Assembly: GCA_964644035.1 (NCBI GenBank)
Contig: CAZXUH010000001.1
Location: 3,712 to 67,711, forward strand
From: an uncultured Candidatus Saccharibacteria bacterium
Lineage (GTDB): Bacteria > Patescibacteriota > Minisyncoccia > Phycocordibacterales > DAORIS01
Direction of reading: 5' to 3'
DNA: 64,000 nt
Shown here: positions 19,759 through 29,266 of the stretch, one piece after another
Layout of the letters: each line of letters starts with the position of its first letter
How positions within the stretch are numbered: the stretch's first letter is position 1
The notes under the pieces: model-generated
Database searches by the model: none
What the model was told of the DNA's origin: nothing
The model's input: only the letters and a program-made list of their open reading frames with translations
Program-made: the position numbers and the translations under genes

Positions 19759-20573
19759 ATCAATTAGATACTCCTATTTTACTGATAGCATTTAATCGTC
19801 CAAAAGAAACATTGGCAGTAATAGATGCGATTAGAAAGGTACAACCTAGAAAACTGTTTGTTGCTATCGATGCAGCACGTAATGGTAATGCCTATGACCA
19901 AGGTGCAGTGCAGGAAGTGAAAAATATTATTGATACAAAGATCGATTGGCAGTGCGAAGTAAAAAAGTTGTATCAGGAAAAAAATCTTGGTGGTGGATAT
20001 GGTCCTGCAGCAGGTATCACGTGGTTTTTTCAAAATGTAGAAGCGGGAATTGTTTTGGAAGATGATTGTGTAGCTACTGAAAGTTTCTTTAGATTTTGCC
20101 AAGAATTATTGCAAAAATATATAGATGAGGAAAAAATAATGCATATTAGCGGTAACAATTATCAAAAGGGCATACAGCGCGGTCCTTACTCGTATTATTT
20201 TTCGAAATATACTCACAATTGGGGTTGGGCGACCTGGAAGAGAGCGTGGCAGCATTTTGATCATACTCTGATACCAGAAAGAGAGCGTAGCCATGTCTGG
20301 GATATGGCCTGGGAAAAATCAGTCAGGAAAAATGGGGGATTTGGCATTATTCCGCAGGTTAATATGGTCAATAATATCGGTTTTGGTGAACATGCCACGC
20401 ATACGAGCCAAGTAAGCGATGTTGATTTTGGCGCTGCAGGTACAATGACATTCCCACTCAATCATCCGTCAAAAATCACATGGAATATTGCAGCCGATTA
20501 TTATACGTATACAAAACATTTCAACCGATCGCTCTTAAAATCCCTTTTTGCTAGAATCAAAAAATATCTTTAG
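19755..20573 (+). CDS. Putative GT-A fold glycosyltransferase (HlpA-like family)
   Basis: The N-terminus ILLIAFNRPKETLAVIDAIRK..LFVAIDAARNG and the ITWFFQNVEAGIVLEDDC block resemble a conserved family of nucleotide-diphospho-sugar transferases. Low confidence. Confidence 0.4.
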   Translation: MNQLDTPILLIAFNRPKETLAVIDAIRKVQPRKLFVAIDAARNGNAYDQGAVQEVKNIIDTKIDWQCEVKKLYQEKNLGGGYGPAAGITWFFQNVEAGIVLEDDCVATESFFRFCQELLQKYIDEEKIMHISGNNYQKGIQRGPYSYYFSKYTHNWGWATWKRAWQHFDHTLIPERERSHVWDMAWEKSVRKNGGFGIIPQVNMVNNIGFGEHATHTSQVSDVDFGAAGTMTFPLNHPSKITWNIAADYYTYTKHFNRSLLKSLFARIKKYL

Positions 20574-20578
20574 AAGAC

Positions 20579-21403
20579 ATGAATACAATTCCTACTTCAT
20601 ATACCAACGAACAGAGAAAGGACATATGTGCTGATCTGTTTAAGAAGTATAAAGAAAATGCTTTGCCTAAAAGAGATCAGGTTATTCCTAAAATCATTCA
20701 CCAGATTTGGCTTGGAAGTGAATTGCCTGAAGCGTATAAGCAGTGGGGAGTCACATTCAGAAAGTTCCATCCTGGTTGGGAATACAAACTCTGGACTGAA
20801 AAGGAAGTGCAGGATTTGAAAATGACCAATCGCGAGGCATATGAACAGACCAAAAATTTTGGCGCCAAGTCGGATTTTCTTCGATATGAAATTCTGTATC
20901 AATTTGGCGGCATGTATGCCGACACTGACTTTGAATGTACAGGTTCATTTGAGAAATTTCACAATACAACAGACTTATACGCGATTTTGCTCGACGACAC
21001 TGACAAACCGGTCATTTTGGCTGGTCTTTTTGGATCTATCCCCGGTCATCCTATTTTAAAAACATGTATTGAGAATATGAGCCAGCCGATCAATACCCGC
21101 GATGCCAATATGCAGGTTAAACTTGTCGATGGGCCGTATTTTACCGAATGCTTTCTCGCTTCATATCAAGAAGGTGGCTTTGCCAATGTGGTGTTGCCAT
21201 ACACCTATGCATATCCATTTCCTGCTGGTGAGCGTCATGTCAAAGATCGAGCCCATGTATTTTCTTTTGTAAAACCAGAAACGTTAGCCATTCATTATTG
21301 GGAAGTGAGCTGGCATCCAAAGATGAATATATTTCAAAAAATACTCCAAAAACTCTTACCTAAGCCTGTTAAGGAAAAAATAAAGAAATTCATAAAATAC
21401 TAA
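20579..21403 (+). CDS. GT32-type glycosyltransferase (Gly_transf_sug, DXD motif)
   Basis: IIHQIWLG...KSDFLRYEILYQFGGMYADTDFEC is the classic sugar-binding region with the DXD motif seen in Och1-like/GT32 capsule transferases. Confidence 0.75.
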   Translation: MNTIPTSYTNEQRKDICADLFKKYKENALPKRDQVIPKIIHQIWLGSELPEAYKQWGVTFRKFHPGWEYKLWTEKEVQDLKMTNREAYEQTKNFGAKSDFLRYEILYQFGGMYADTDFECTGSFEKFHNTTDLYAILLDDTDKPVILAGLFGSIPGHPILKTCIENMSQPINTRDANMQVKLVDGPYFTECFLASYQEGGFANVVLPYTYAYPFPAGERHVKDRAHVFSFVKPETLAIHYWEVSWHPKMNIFQKILQKLLPKPVKEKIKKFIKY

Positions 21404-21450
21404 GGCCAGCATGATAAAAAAGTGCTGATTTGCTATGATGCACTATACCT

Positions 21451-23130
21451 ATGGATAAAAAGACCGAGGATACCTACAAGGAAGAAGAATATACTAGGGA
21501 AATGAGGCCATATATGGCCTATTTTCAAGCCATCGAAGAGGTCTTCGATCTCTCGCTTATCGACAGCTTTGCCGACATGGGTTGCAACAATGGCCGTCTC
21601 ATGGAGGCATGGCATGACAAATATCCTGCAACCGATCTTTTTGGTATCGACTATTTCGACTGGTCAAAGCAGTATGCTGCTGCAAGTATCAAGGAAAAAG
21701 TGATCATTGGCGATCTCTCCAAGCCATATTCTTTTGGAAAGAAATACGATATCGTCAATTGTTCTGAAGTTGGAGAGCATATTGCCCGTGCAGCTGAAGA
21801 TCCTTTTATCGACAATCTTGCTGAAGCGACAGGAGATATTTTGTTGCTTACATGGTCAAACCAAGACAAAGATCACGATGGTCAACATCTCAATCCTCGT
21901 CCTCAGTCATATGTAATAAAAAAACTCGCTGAGCGTGGACTTGAATATTGGCAACCAGCGTCTAAAAAACTTTCAGCCGCACTCGGTATCAAGCTCGAGG
22001 GTATTGGATATCAGTGGTGGTCAAAGAATATTATGGTCTTCAAGCGAAAGCGCTTCGCCAGCGTTCATGGTCAGTACATGATTCAAAATATTTCGACTGA
22101 CAATGGCAGTCACAAGGAACATTTTCAAAAGAACAATCTCATCCCTGTGTCATTCCAAGAATCATTTATGAATCTCACGGGAGAAATCTTTAAGCGCGTC
22201 GATCAAAACAAAGGTATGTCTATTGTGCGTGCTAGTGACGGAGATTATTTCTTTCTTCGCAAAATTGCAGTCGGCAGTGCTAAGCCGGGCAAGAGAGCAT
22301 TGGTCAAAGGCTATGAACACCTCAATATGAATCTGTTCCGATCGATGCTCTGGCAGCACGATATTATTACACTCAATAGTGAAAGGAGAGAGCGTCGTTC
22401 ATGGATGAAGTTTATCGTTGTTGAATATGTTGAAAAAGTCATAAGCAAGATCATGCGTCGCCCAGTGCCTGCTATGCAAAATGGCAAACTAGCCTATGCT
22501 ATCGACCGAGCTCTCTTTCCAATCACTCTTTTGGGAATAATTCCATATATCAGCGCATGGCTCTTTTCTCTACGAAGAGGAAAGGATTATTTCAGGAAAG
22601 CCAAGGATATTATTTTCAACAATTCTATTCCAAGTGAAGCAGTCTATGCTCTAGTCGCTACAAAATGGGTCTTTAAGCATTTTAAAAATGAAATCGGTAT
22701 TATCGCTTCGTTAGAAAAGACCGACATTATAAAGGAATTGATGAAGCACGAAGAATATCGACGCTATGTTGGTGTCGATCAGTTTACCGATTATATTTCT
22801 GTACCAGCAAAAGGCGCAGCTGATGATGTGCTTGTGCTTAGCGAGAAACTCGGTGAGCAGATCAAAAATAGTAAAGCGAAACTATTCCTAGTAGGTGCAG
22901 GAAGTTCGAAACTCGCTCTCATGCCGTTGCTTAGGCATTATACCAATGCCGTCTTTATTGACGTCGGTGCTGGCATCGACGCGCTTGCGGGAATTGTTTC
23001 TCAAGACAGGCCGTATTTTGCGGAGTGGACCAATTTTAAGCTTAAAGACTACGATTACAGCAAGGTAGATTTCATGGATCAAGGCAATCCTGCTCGCAAT
23101 GATCCCAAATATAAAACTGTGATACTATAG
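21451..23130 (+). CDS. Fusion protein with an N-terminal class I SAM methyltransferase domain and a C-terminal domain of unknown function (about 400 aa)
   Basis: It has motif I FADMGCNNGRL and motif II DIVNCSEVGEHI. The C-terminal region has a Rossmann-like LFLVGAGSSK but no assignable family. Confidence 0.5.
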   Translation: MDKKTEDTYKEEEYTREMRPYMAYFQAIEEVFDLSLIDSFADMGCNNGRLMEAWHDKYPATDLFGIDYFDWSKQYAAASIKEKVIIGDLSKPYSFGKKYDIVNCSEVGEHIARAAEDPFIDNLAEATGDILLLTWSNQDKDHDGQHLNPRPQSYVIKKLAERGLEYWQPASKKLSAALGIKLEGIGYQWWSKNIMVFKRKRFASVHGQYMIQNISTDNGSHKEHFQKNNLIPVSFQESFMNLTGEIFKRVDQNKGMSIVRASDGDYFFLRKIAVGSAKPGKRALVKGYEHLNMNLFRSMLWQHDIITLNSERRERRSWMKFIVVEYVEKVISKIMRRPVPAMQNGKLAYAIDRALFPITLLGIIPYISAWLFSLRRGKDYFRKAKDIIFNNSIPSEAVYALVATKWVFKHFKNEIGIIASLEKTDIIKELMKHEEYRRYVGVDQFTDYISVPAKGAADDVLVLSEKLGEQIKNSKAKLFLVGAGSSKLALMPLLRHYTNAVFIDVGAGIDALAGIVSQDRPYFAEWTNFKLKDYDYSKVDFMDQGNPARNDPKYKTVIL

Positions 23131-23136
23131 ACGCTT

Positions 23137-24264
23137 ATGGAAAATATACCTTTGTTCAGGCCATCCTACGACAATCGAGAACTCAATTCTCTCAAGGAAT
23201 CTTTCAAAAAAGGTTGGATAGGTCTTGGTCCAAAAACAAAAGAATTTGAAGACAAATTTGCTGCATATACGCATGCGGGGCAGGCTGTCGCTCTGAACTC
23301 TGCAACAGCAGCACTTCACCTGGCGCTCAGCCTTTTCAATATCAAGGGCAAAGAAGTGATCACTACTGCATTTACGTTTGTCTCTACCAACCACGCTATT
23401 CTCTACGAAGGTGGTATACCTGTCTTTTGCGATATCGAACCGGACACGCTCAATATCGATCCAAATAAAATCGAAGAACTTATTACCGACAAAACTGCGG
23501 GCATTATTTGCGTTGATTACGGTGGACATCCGTGCGATATCGACAAGATTCAGCAGATTGCCAAGAAGCACAAATTGTTTGTTATAGAAGACGCTGCGCA
23601 CTCATGCGGATCAAAATACAAAGGCAAGCCCGTCGGATCGGTTGCTGATCTTACAAGCTTTAGTTTTCACGCTGTCAAAAATCTTGCGACAGGGGATGGT
23701 GGCATGCTCACCATGGAAAATACAAAATGGGATGAAATCCTGCGCAAGCGCCGCTGGCTCGGTATCAATAAAAGCACGTTTGATCGTACGATTACCAAAG
23801 AAGGTTATCACTGGTACTACGATGTCGAAGAACTCGGCTTCAAATATCACATGAATGATATCAATGCATGTCTCGGTCTTGTGCAGCTTGAGAAACTCGA
23901 TGGACATATTGCTAAGAAAAGAAAGATAGCTGCTCAATATACAAAAGCTCTTGGCAAGCTTGGTTGGATAGAAACACCGGTGGAGAAAGCATATGCCTGG
24001 AGCTCGACACACAACTACGCTATTAAGGTAGATGAAAGACTGCGTGATGATTTGATTGCCCATATGATGAAAAATGGTGTCAGCGCCGGCATGCACTATA
24101 TTCCAAATCATCTCTATAAGATGTATAAGCCGTATTACAGAAAATTGCCTGTTGCCGAAGCGATGTGGAAAAAAGTTGTCTTGCTACCAATGTTCCCAAG
24201 TCTCAAACCAGCTGAGATCAAGCGTATTATTGATACGGTTAAGTCTTTTAAGCCTAAAAACTAG
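23137..24264 (+). CDS. DegT/DnrJ/EryC1/StrS family PLP-dependent sugar aminotransferase
   Basis: The N-terminal PLFRPSYDNRELNSL..GW, the AVKNL region and an overall length of 375 aa are typical of aminotransferases acting on nucleotide-sugar keto groups. Confidence 0.85.
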   Translation: MENIPLFRPSYDNRELNSLKESFKKGWIGLGPKTKEFEDKFAAYTHAGQAVALNSATAALHLALSLFNIKGKEVITTAFTFVSTNHAILYEGGIPVFCDIEPDTLNIDPNKIEELITDKTAGIICVDYGGHPCDIDKIQQIAKKHKLFVIEDAAHSCGSKYKGKPVGSVADLTSFSFHAVKNLATGDGGMLTMENTKWDEILRKRRWLGINKSTFDRTITKEGYHWYYDVEELGFKYHMNDINACLGLVQLEKLDGHIAKKRKIAAQYTKALGKLGWIETPVEKAYAWSSTHNYAIKVDERLRDDLIAHMMKNGVSAGMHYIPNHLYKMYKPYYRKLPVAEAMWKKVVLLPMFPSLKPAEIKRIIDTVKSFKPKN

Positions 24265-24266
24265 TA

Positions 24267-24956
24267 ATGCAAAAGATTGTTTTTATATGTCTAGCAGCAT
24301 ATAGGATAGAATCATGGTCTGATGCCCAAAATTTCAATCGTCAGTCGGTCTATGCGATTGCTATGGAGAATCTTTTTAAAATAAGTCCAGAGGAAACCAA
24401 ATTTATCATTACCGACAATACTGTTTCAGATAAAAACGATGTTATAAAAGAACTTGCCGATCAGTTCGAGAATCCTAGAGTTATTAATACTGTTTTTATA
24501 AACAATAACGCTCTAGGTGCCAAAAATAAGGGTGCAGGTGAATATCAAATGTGTCAGGCAGTGGTAGAAAAACACAAAGCAGAACTCGAATCGGCAGATT
24601 GGGTGGTCTACTATACATCTCGTCAGATTATGAGCTTTCCAAAGATATTTGAAAGTATCAATTCCAATCCAGATGCAGATATTATTATTTCAAATCCCTC
24701 GTATCTTTTTTCAAATGGAAAAGAAAATATAGCCGCGGAGGGTAATTACAATGACATGCTCTTTGCAATGAAACCGCAGTCGTTTTTTGGATATGTCGCT
24801 TCTATGAATCCAGAAGAATTGGTTAAGAAAAAAATGAATAGCGAACAGAATCTCTTTGACTACGTCGGCGCTTCGTCTGATAAAAAGATCGTTGATATTC
24901 CACGTCTTGGAGTATTTAGGTTCAATTATGCTACCAATAAGATGGAAATAATCTAA
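24267..24956 (+). CDS. Hypothetical protein (229 aa) in the glycan cluster
   Basis: Its start is tightly coupled to the degT stop. No recognisable motif was found. Confidence 0.4.
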   Translation: MQKIVFICLAAYRIESWSDAQNFNRQSVYAIAMENLFKISPEETKFIITDNTVSDKNDVIKELADQFENPRVINTVFINNNALGAKNKGAGEYQMCQAVVEKHKAELESADWVVYYTSRQIMSFPKIFESINSNPDADIIISNPSYLFSNGKENIAAEGNYNDMLFAMKPQSFFGYVASMNPEELVKKKMNSEQNLFDYVGASSDKKIVDIPRLGVFRFNYATNKMEII

Positions 24957-24962
24957 ACTATA

Positions 24963-25403
24963 ATGAATTTCAAATTAAACATATCAAATATTCATTGGCA
25001 GGAAACAAATACACTAGATCCTTTTAAAGCTGATGCCAAAGTGTTATTTAATCAGGCAACCAAACCTTATTTTGATTACTATTTAGATAGAGTAAAACAG
25101 ATAGAGCAAAAGTTTAGTAATAATTCATTAGATCAGGGAAGTATTACCGCATTAACAATAAAAGAAATTAAATCATCATTTATTGCAAAAATAAGGAATC
25201 TTTTCTCATCAAAAAAACATATTCTTTATATTTCTGAACATGATGCAAAATATGAAATAGAGCCAATTTCTAAAAAAATTAGCACCATAGTAGAAAAGGG
25301 AAATTATAAAAAAGTTATCTTTGATATGAAGAGTTGGACAAAGATGATATATGGATACAGAATCTTTATGTCTTTACATGTTAATGTAGAGGAAATTATA
25401 TAA
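24963..25403 (+). CDS. Hypothetical protein (146 aa), AT-rich
   Basis: It fills the gap between flanking genes with no overlap and is very AT-rich (Lys/Ile/Asn-rich). No motif was found. Confidence 0.35.
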   Translation: MNFKLNISNIHWQETNTLDPFKADAKVLFNQATKPYFDYYLDRVKQIEQKFSNNSLDQGSITALTIKEIKSSFIAKIRNLFSSKKHILYISEHDAKYEIEPISKKISTIVEKGNYKKVIFDMKSWTKMIYGYRIFMSLHVNVEEII

Positions 25404-25405
25404 AT

Positions 25406-25933
25406 ATGGCATTCAAATTTAAAAAGCATGAGTCTGTGGATATTCTAGTTATTGAAACTGACAAATATCGTGATGATCGGGGGTTTTTCACTGAGTTTTA
25501 TAAAAGCTCCGCTTTCAAGGAAATGGGTATACATAATTTCCCTCAAATAAATGTTTCTACTTCAAATAAAAATGTTATAAGGGGATTACATTATCAACGT
25601 GGCATCAAGGCTCAGGGCAAACTTGTTCGTGTCTTAAAGGGTAAAGTGCTCGACGCTGTTGTCGATATGCGCCCTGATTCTCCAAAATACAAACAGTGGG
25701 CGACAATAGAACTCAGCGATGAAAACGGTGTGTCGGTCTATGTACCACCAGGATTTGCTCACGGATTTTCAGTATTATCCGACGAGGCGGTATTTCTCTA
25801 TGCCTGCACGGAAGAATATGACCCTACTTCAGAAGGTGGTATCAGATATGACGATCCAACTCTTAATATAGACTGGAAGGTGAGTGATCCTATTGTTTCT
25901 GATAAAGATAAAAATCTTCCCTATCTTAAATAA
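25406..25933 (+). CDS. dTDP-4-dehydrorhamnose 3,5-epimerase-like cupin (RmlC family)
   Basis: The blocks DDRGFFTEFYK..IRGLHYQ..KLVRVLKGKVLDAVVDMR..YVPPGFAHGF are the RmlC cupin signature. Confidence 0.75.
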   Translation: MAFKFKKHESVDILVIETDKYRDDRGFFTEFYKSSAFKEMGIHNFPQINVSTSNKNVIRGLHYQRGIKAQGKLVRVLKGKVLDAVVDMRPDSPKYKQWATIELSDENGVSVYVPPGFAHGFSVLSDEAVFLYACTEEYDPTSEGGIRYDDPTLNIDWKVSDPIVSDKDKNLPYLK

Positions 25934-26884
25934 TTGCTAAATAATTGTCAGAATAAAATGCAGCCGATTTTTTCAGTTATCATACCGACGTACAATGGCT
26001 CGCGTTTTATCGAGCAGACGATACGTTCGGTACTCAATCAAACTTTTTCAAATTTAGAATTAATAGTTGTAGATGATGGATCGACAGACAATACAGCATC
26101 TATTATTGAGAAACTTGCTTCAGAAGACAAAAGAATAATCCTAAAGAAAATTCCCAATTCCGGCGGTCCGACTATTCCTTCAAATCTTGGTATTTCTTTG
26201 GCCCAAGGAAAATACATTGCCTTTCTTGATCATGACGATGAATGGAAACAAGATAAACTTGAAAAAGTCTTAAAGGTGTTCGAAGAAAATAAAAAAATAG
26301 ATATAGTGTGCTCTGCTGTAGAGATTCTTCAAAATGAAACAGGAAAGAAACAGCTTTCTTCACTCAAGCGTCGTATCAATACAAAAACAGACATGCTCTC
26401 GGGTGCATATTTCAATACCTTCAGTATGATTGTGGTGAAAAAAGAAGTTTTTCAGTCGGTTGGAGTACTCGATACCAAACTACTTGTCTTTGGAGACTAT
26501 GAATTTATGGCTCGGTCTATTGCTGCAGATAAAGAAGTCTTTTTTATAGACGAACCCCTTGTTGTCTATCGCGTGCACGAAAATAATACTTCTTCTCTCC
26601 AAAAGAATATAGATCGTAGGGTTAGAGATCTCATGTATATTTTGTCGAGTCATGCTGACATTTACAACACTCATGCTCGAGCCAAAGCCGTAGTATTGCA
26701 GGCTATTGGACGACTCAATCTAGAAATGGGTAAAAAGTCTGAAGCTATAAGGTATTTTTGTAAGTCAGTACTGGCGTGGCCATTTACGATTAGGGGCTAT
26801 ATTAGGATCATTGTGGTATTGGCTGGAGGCAGGGTATATAAGAATATAGAACAGCTTGGCAAAGTCTTTATTTTGCTTGGATAG
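25934..26884 (+). CDS. Glycosyltransferase family 2
   Basis: It has FSVIIPTYNGSRFIEQTIRSVLNQT..LELIVVDDGSTDNT and DHDD. The start could instead be the Met at 25958. Confidence 0.8.
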   Translation: MLNNCQNKMQPIFSVIIPTYNGSRFIEQTIRSVLNQTFSNLELIVVDDGSTDNTASIIEKLASEDKRIILKKIPNSGGPTIPSNLGISLAQGKYIAFLDHDDEWKQDKLEKVLKVFEENKKIDIVCSAVEILQNETGKKQLSSLKRRINTKTDMLSGAYFNTFSMIVVKKEVFQSVGVLDTKLLVFGDYEFMARSIAADKEVFFIDEPLVVYRVHENNTSSLQKNIDRRVRDLMYILSSHADIYNTHARAKAVVLQAIGRLNLEMGKKSEAIRYFCKSVLAWPFTIRGYIRIIVVLAGGRVYKNIEQLGKVFILLG

Positions 26885-26905
26885 GCGTGTATACTTGAGC
26901 GTATT

Positions 26906-29143
26906 ATGAAAACATCCGATATGCTTAGGAATACGACGGCTTTTGTGCTTTTTTCGATATTGTTCGTGCCGCTTCTCTTTTCCAACCAGCATTTCTTTCC
27001 GTACATATCAGGCAAAAACTTTGCCTTTAGGATCCTTGTTGAAATCGCAGCTCTACTTTACGCTTTTCTTCTACTCAAAGACAATTCATATCGCCCTAAG
27101 CGAAGTATTATTCTGACCTCACTCTTTGCTTTTGTAGCAGTTATGGGTGCTGCAACAATCTTCAGCGAAAATGTGTATAAGAGCTTCTGGGGCAACTATG
27201 AGCGAATGGAAGGATTTATTACTGTTTTACATCTTGGTGTCTACGTTCTTCTATTGTCTGCAGTATTTGTAAAAGAAAAGACATGGGAATGGTTTTTTGA
27301 AATTTCTCTCTTTGCCAGTTTGATTGTCGGTGCCAATGCTATTCTTGACCTCAGAGAGGGAATTGGTCGTATCTATGGCTCTCTTGGCAACTCAACCTAT
27401 CTTGGTGTCTATGCTCTCGTACATATTTTCTTGGCAGCTCTGCTTTTATTTAAGCTGACGCAAGCTCCGCGCAATAAAGACTCATCATATTGGATGTCGT
27501 TCTACAAGTATATTGCTTTCATGATTTTCAATACCTATGTCATGTATCAGACAGGTACTCGAGGATCATTCGTCGGATTTGTAGCTGGTGTACTTGTTAT
27601 TTCAGCCCTCATTGCCTTCTTTGAAAAACAGAGAAAGACGCTTCGCAAAGTTGGTATTGCAATCCTTGCTACTACTATCGTTGTTATCGGTCTATTGGGA
27701 ATGACTAAGAATACAGAATTTGTCAGCACATCGCTTCTTGGTCGTTATGCTTCTCTTATTACTTTTGATCTTGGCAAAGTTGCCCGAGAACAGGGATTTG
27801 GCCGAACACTTATTTGGAATGTTGCACTTCAAGGAGTCAAAGAACGTCCAATTATTGGTTGGGGACAGGAGAGTTTCAATTATGTATTCAACAAATACTA
27901 CACTCCAGATTTGTACGGACAGGAACAGTGGTTTGACCGTGCACACAATGTATTCCTCGACTGGCTGATTGCTGGAGGTATTCTTGGTCTGCTTGCCTAT
28001 CTTTCTTTGTATGCAGCGCTGCTGTGGTCTGTGTGGAAATCAAAAGCAGATCATTTAGGTGTACCAGCCAAAGCGATTATTACTGGTCTGGTCGTCGCTT
28101 ATTTCATTCACAATATTTTCGTCTTCGACAACTTAGCGAGCTATATTCTCTTCTTTGCTATCTTGGCCTATGGGCATCATTTGGTCACAGACAGACAGGT
28201 AAAAGGAGTAGCTGCTCGACGCGAAGTATATTACTTGGTTGGCAGCATTGCAGTTATTGTCTTCGCATTTGTCATGTATATGGGCAATTTGAAACCATAC
28301 AATGCCAATGTCACTCTTCTCAATGCATTGCAGTATCAGGCAGAATTTAGCACTCAAGGTAGTCCACGATACAACAACACTGCTGCACTTCAGGATTCGT
28401 ATGATTCGTATGTAAAAGTCTTCAATTCAAATACCTTTGCATCAACAGAAGCTCGCGAGCAAATCGCTGTTGGTGCACAGACGGTATTTACTGCTGCTCC
28501 TACAGAACTTCGCCAAAAGGTTATGGATCTGACCGATGCTGAATTTAAAAAGCAGTTTGCAATGACACCAGACGATGCGCGATATTATTCTATCTATGGT
28601 ACATATCTTTCGAGAACAGGACGACTTGATGAAAGTATTGTAGTGATTCGCAGGGCAGAAGAACTTTCTCCTGGCAAACAGACATTTTATTTTGATGAAG
28701 CAATTGCTCTCATAAATAAAGGTTCATTCCAAGAAGCATATACACTGTTGCAAAAGACCTATGAAATGGCTACTTCAAATCCAATGGCCCAATCTATGCT
28801 TGCTCTCGGTGCTGTCTATGCACGACAAGATGCGGTATTTGAGGAATTGCTCAAAACCAATCCCAATCTAATCACCGATCCAAGAGTCATACAGGCGTAT
28901 ATTGTCACCAAGCAATTCCAAAAAGTCATTCCAATCATTGAAAATTATATATCTCTACAGCCACAAGTATCTCCCGACACGATTCTCTACCTTGCAGCAG
29001 CGTATCTTGAGAGTGGCAATCGTACAAAAGCATTGGCAATCCTCGCCGATATGAAGACAAAGACGACCGATGCCAATCTTGTTGCCGAAATTCAGTATTA
29101 TGAAGACTTGATCAAGAAAGGTGCGACAACAATGCTTCAATAG
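26906..29143 (+). CDS. O-antigen ligase/polymerase-like polytopic membrane protein with C-terminal TPR repeats
   Basis: It has at least 10 TM helices, with a large periplasmic loop region typical of Wzy_C/O-antigen ligase-like proteins. The C-terminal 300 aa or so form TPR-like helical repeats. Confidence 0.55.
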   Translation: MKTSDMLRNTTAFVLFSILFVPLLFSNQHFFPYISGKNFAFRILVEIAALLYAFLLLKDNSYRPKRSIILTSLFAFVAVMGAATIFSENVYKSFWGNYERMEGFITVLHLGVYVLLLSAVFVKEKTWEWFFEISLFASLIVGANAILDLREGIGRIYGSLGNSTYLGVYALVHIFLAALLLFKLTQAPRNKDSSYWMSFYKYIAFMIFNTYVMYQTGTRGSFVGFVAGVLVISALIAFFEKQRKTLRKVGIAILATTIVVIGLLGMTKNTEFVSTSLLGRYASLITFDLGKVAREQGFGRTLIWNVALQGVKERPIIGWGQESFNYVFNKYYTPDLYGQEQWFDRAHNVFLDWLIAGGILGLLAYLSLYAALLWSVWKSKADHLGVPAKAIITGLVVAYFIHNIFVFDNLASYILFFAILAYGHHLVTDRQVKGVAARREVYYLVGSIAVIVFAFVMYMGNLKPYNANVTLLNALQYQAEFSTQGSPRYNNTAALQDSYDSYVKVFNSNTFASTEAREQIAVGAQTVFTAAPTELRQKVMDLTDAEFKKQFAMTPDDARYYSIYGTYLSRTGRLDESIVVIRRAEELSPGKQTFYFDEAIALINKGSFQEAYTLLQKTYEMATSNPMAQSMLALGAVYARQDAVFEELLKTNPNLITDPRVIQAYIVTKQFQKVIPIIENYISLQPQVSPDTILYLAAAYLESGNRTKALAILADMKTKTTDANLVAEIQYYEDLIKKGATTMLQ

Positions 29144-29157
29144 AGGTTCTAGAGAGC

Positions 29158-29186
29158 TTGCATTTTAGAAAGATTTCATATATACT
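29158..29186 (+). promoter_or_regulatory. Sigma70-like promoter (TTGCAT-17-TATACT) containing a 20-nt element repeated upstream of rpoB
   Basis: TTGCAT lies at 29158-29163 and TATACT at 29181-29186. The spacer TTTAGAAAGATTTCATA is identical to the spacer of the promoter at 60020-60047. Confidence 0.5.
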
Positions 29187-29237
29187 ATTGGTATGTGAGT
29201 GCTATCAAATCGTTAGCACTAGCAAATGTAAGCACAT

Positions 29238-29266
29238 AGCCCTCGCAAGAGGGCTTTTGTGTTTCT
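29238..29266 (+). terminator. Intrinsic terminator or attenuator hairpin in the murB leader
   Basis: The stem AGCCCTCG/CGAGGGCT is followed by TTTTGTGTTTCTGGTTTGTTTTTT. It is preceded by a second perfect hairpin AGTGCTA-N9-TAGCACT at 29198-29220. Confidence 0.55.

Noticed and set aside
23125-23601. 158-aa minus-strand ORF overlapping the degT start
   Set aside because: It is antisense to a well-supported DegT aminotransferase and has no motifs, so it is likely spurious.
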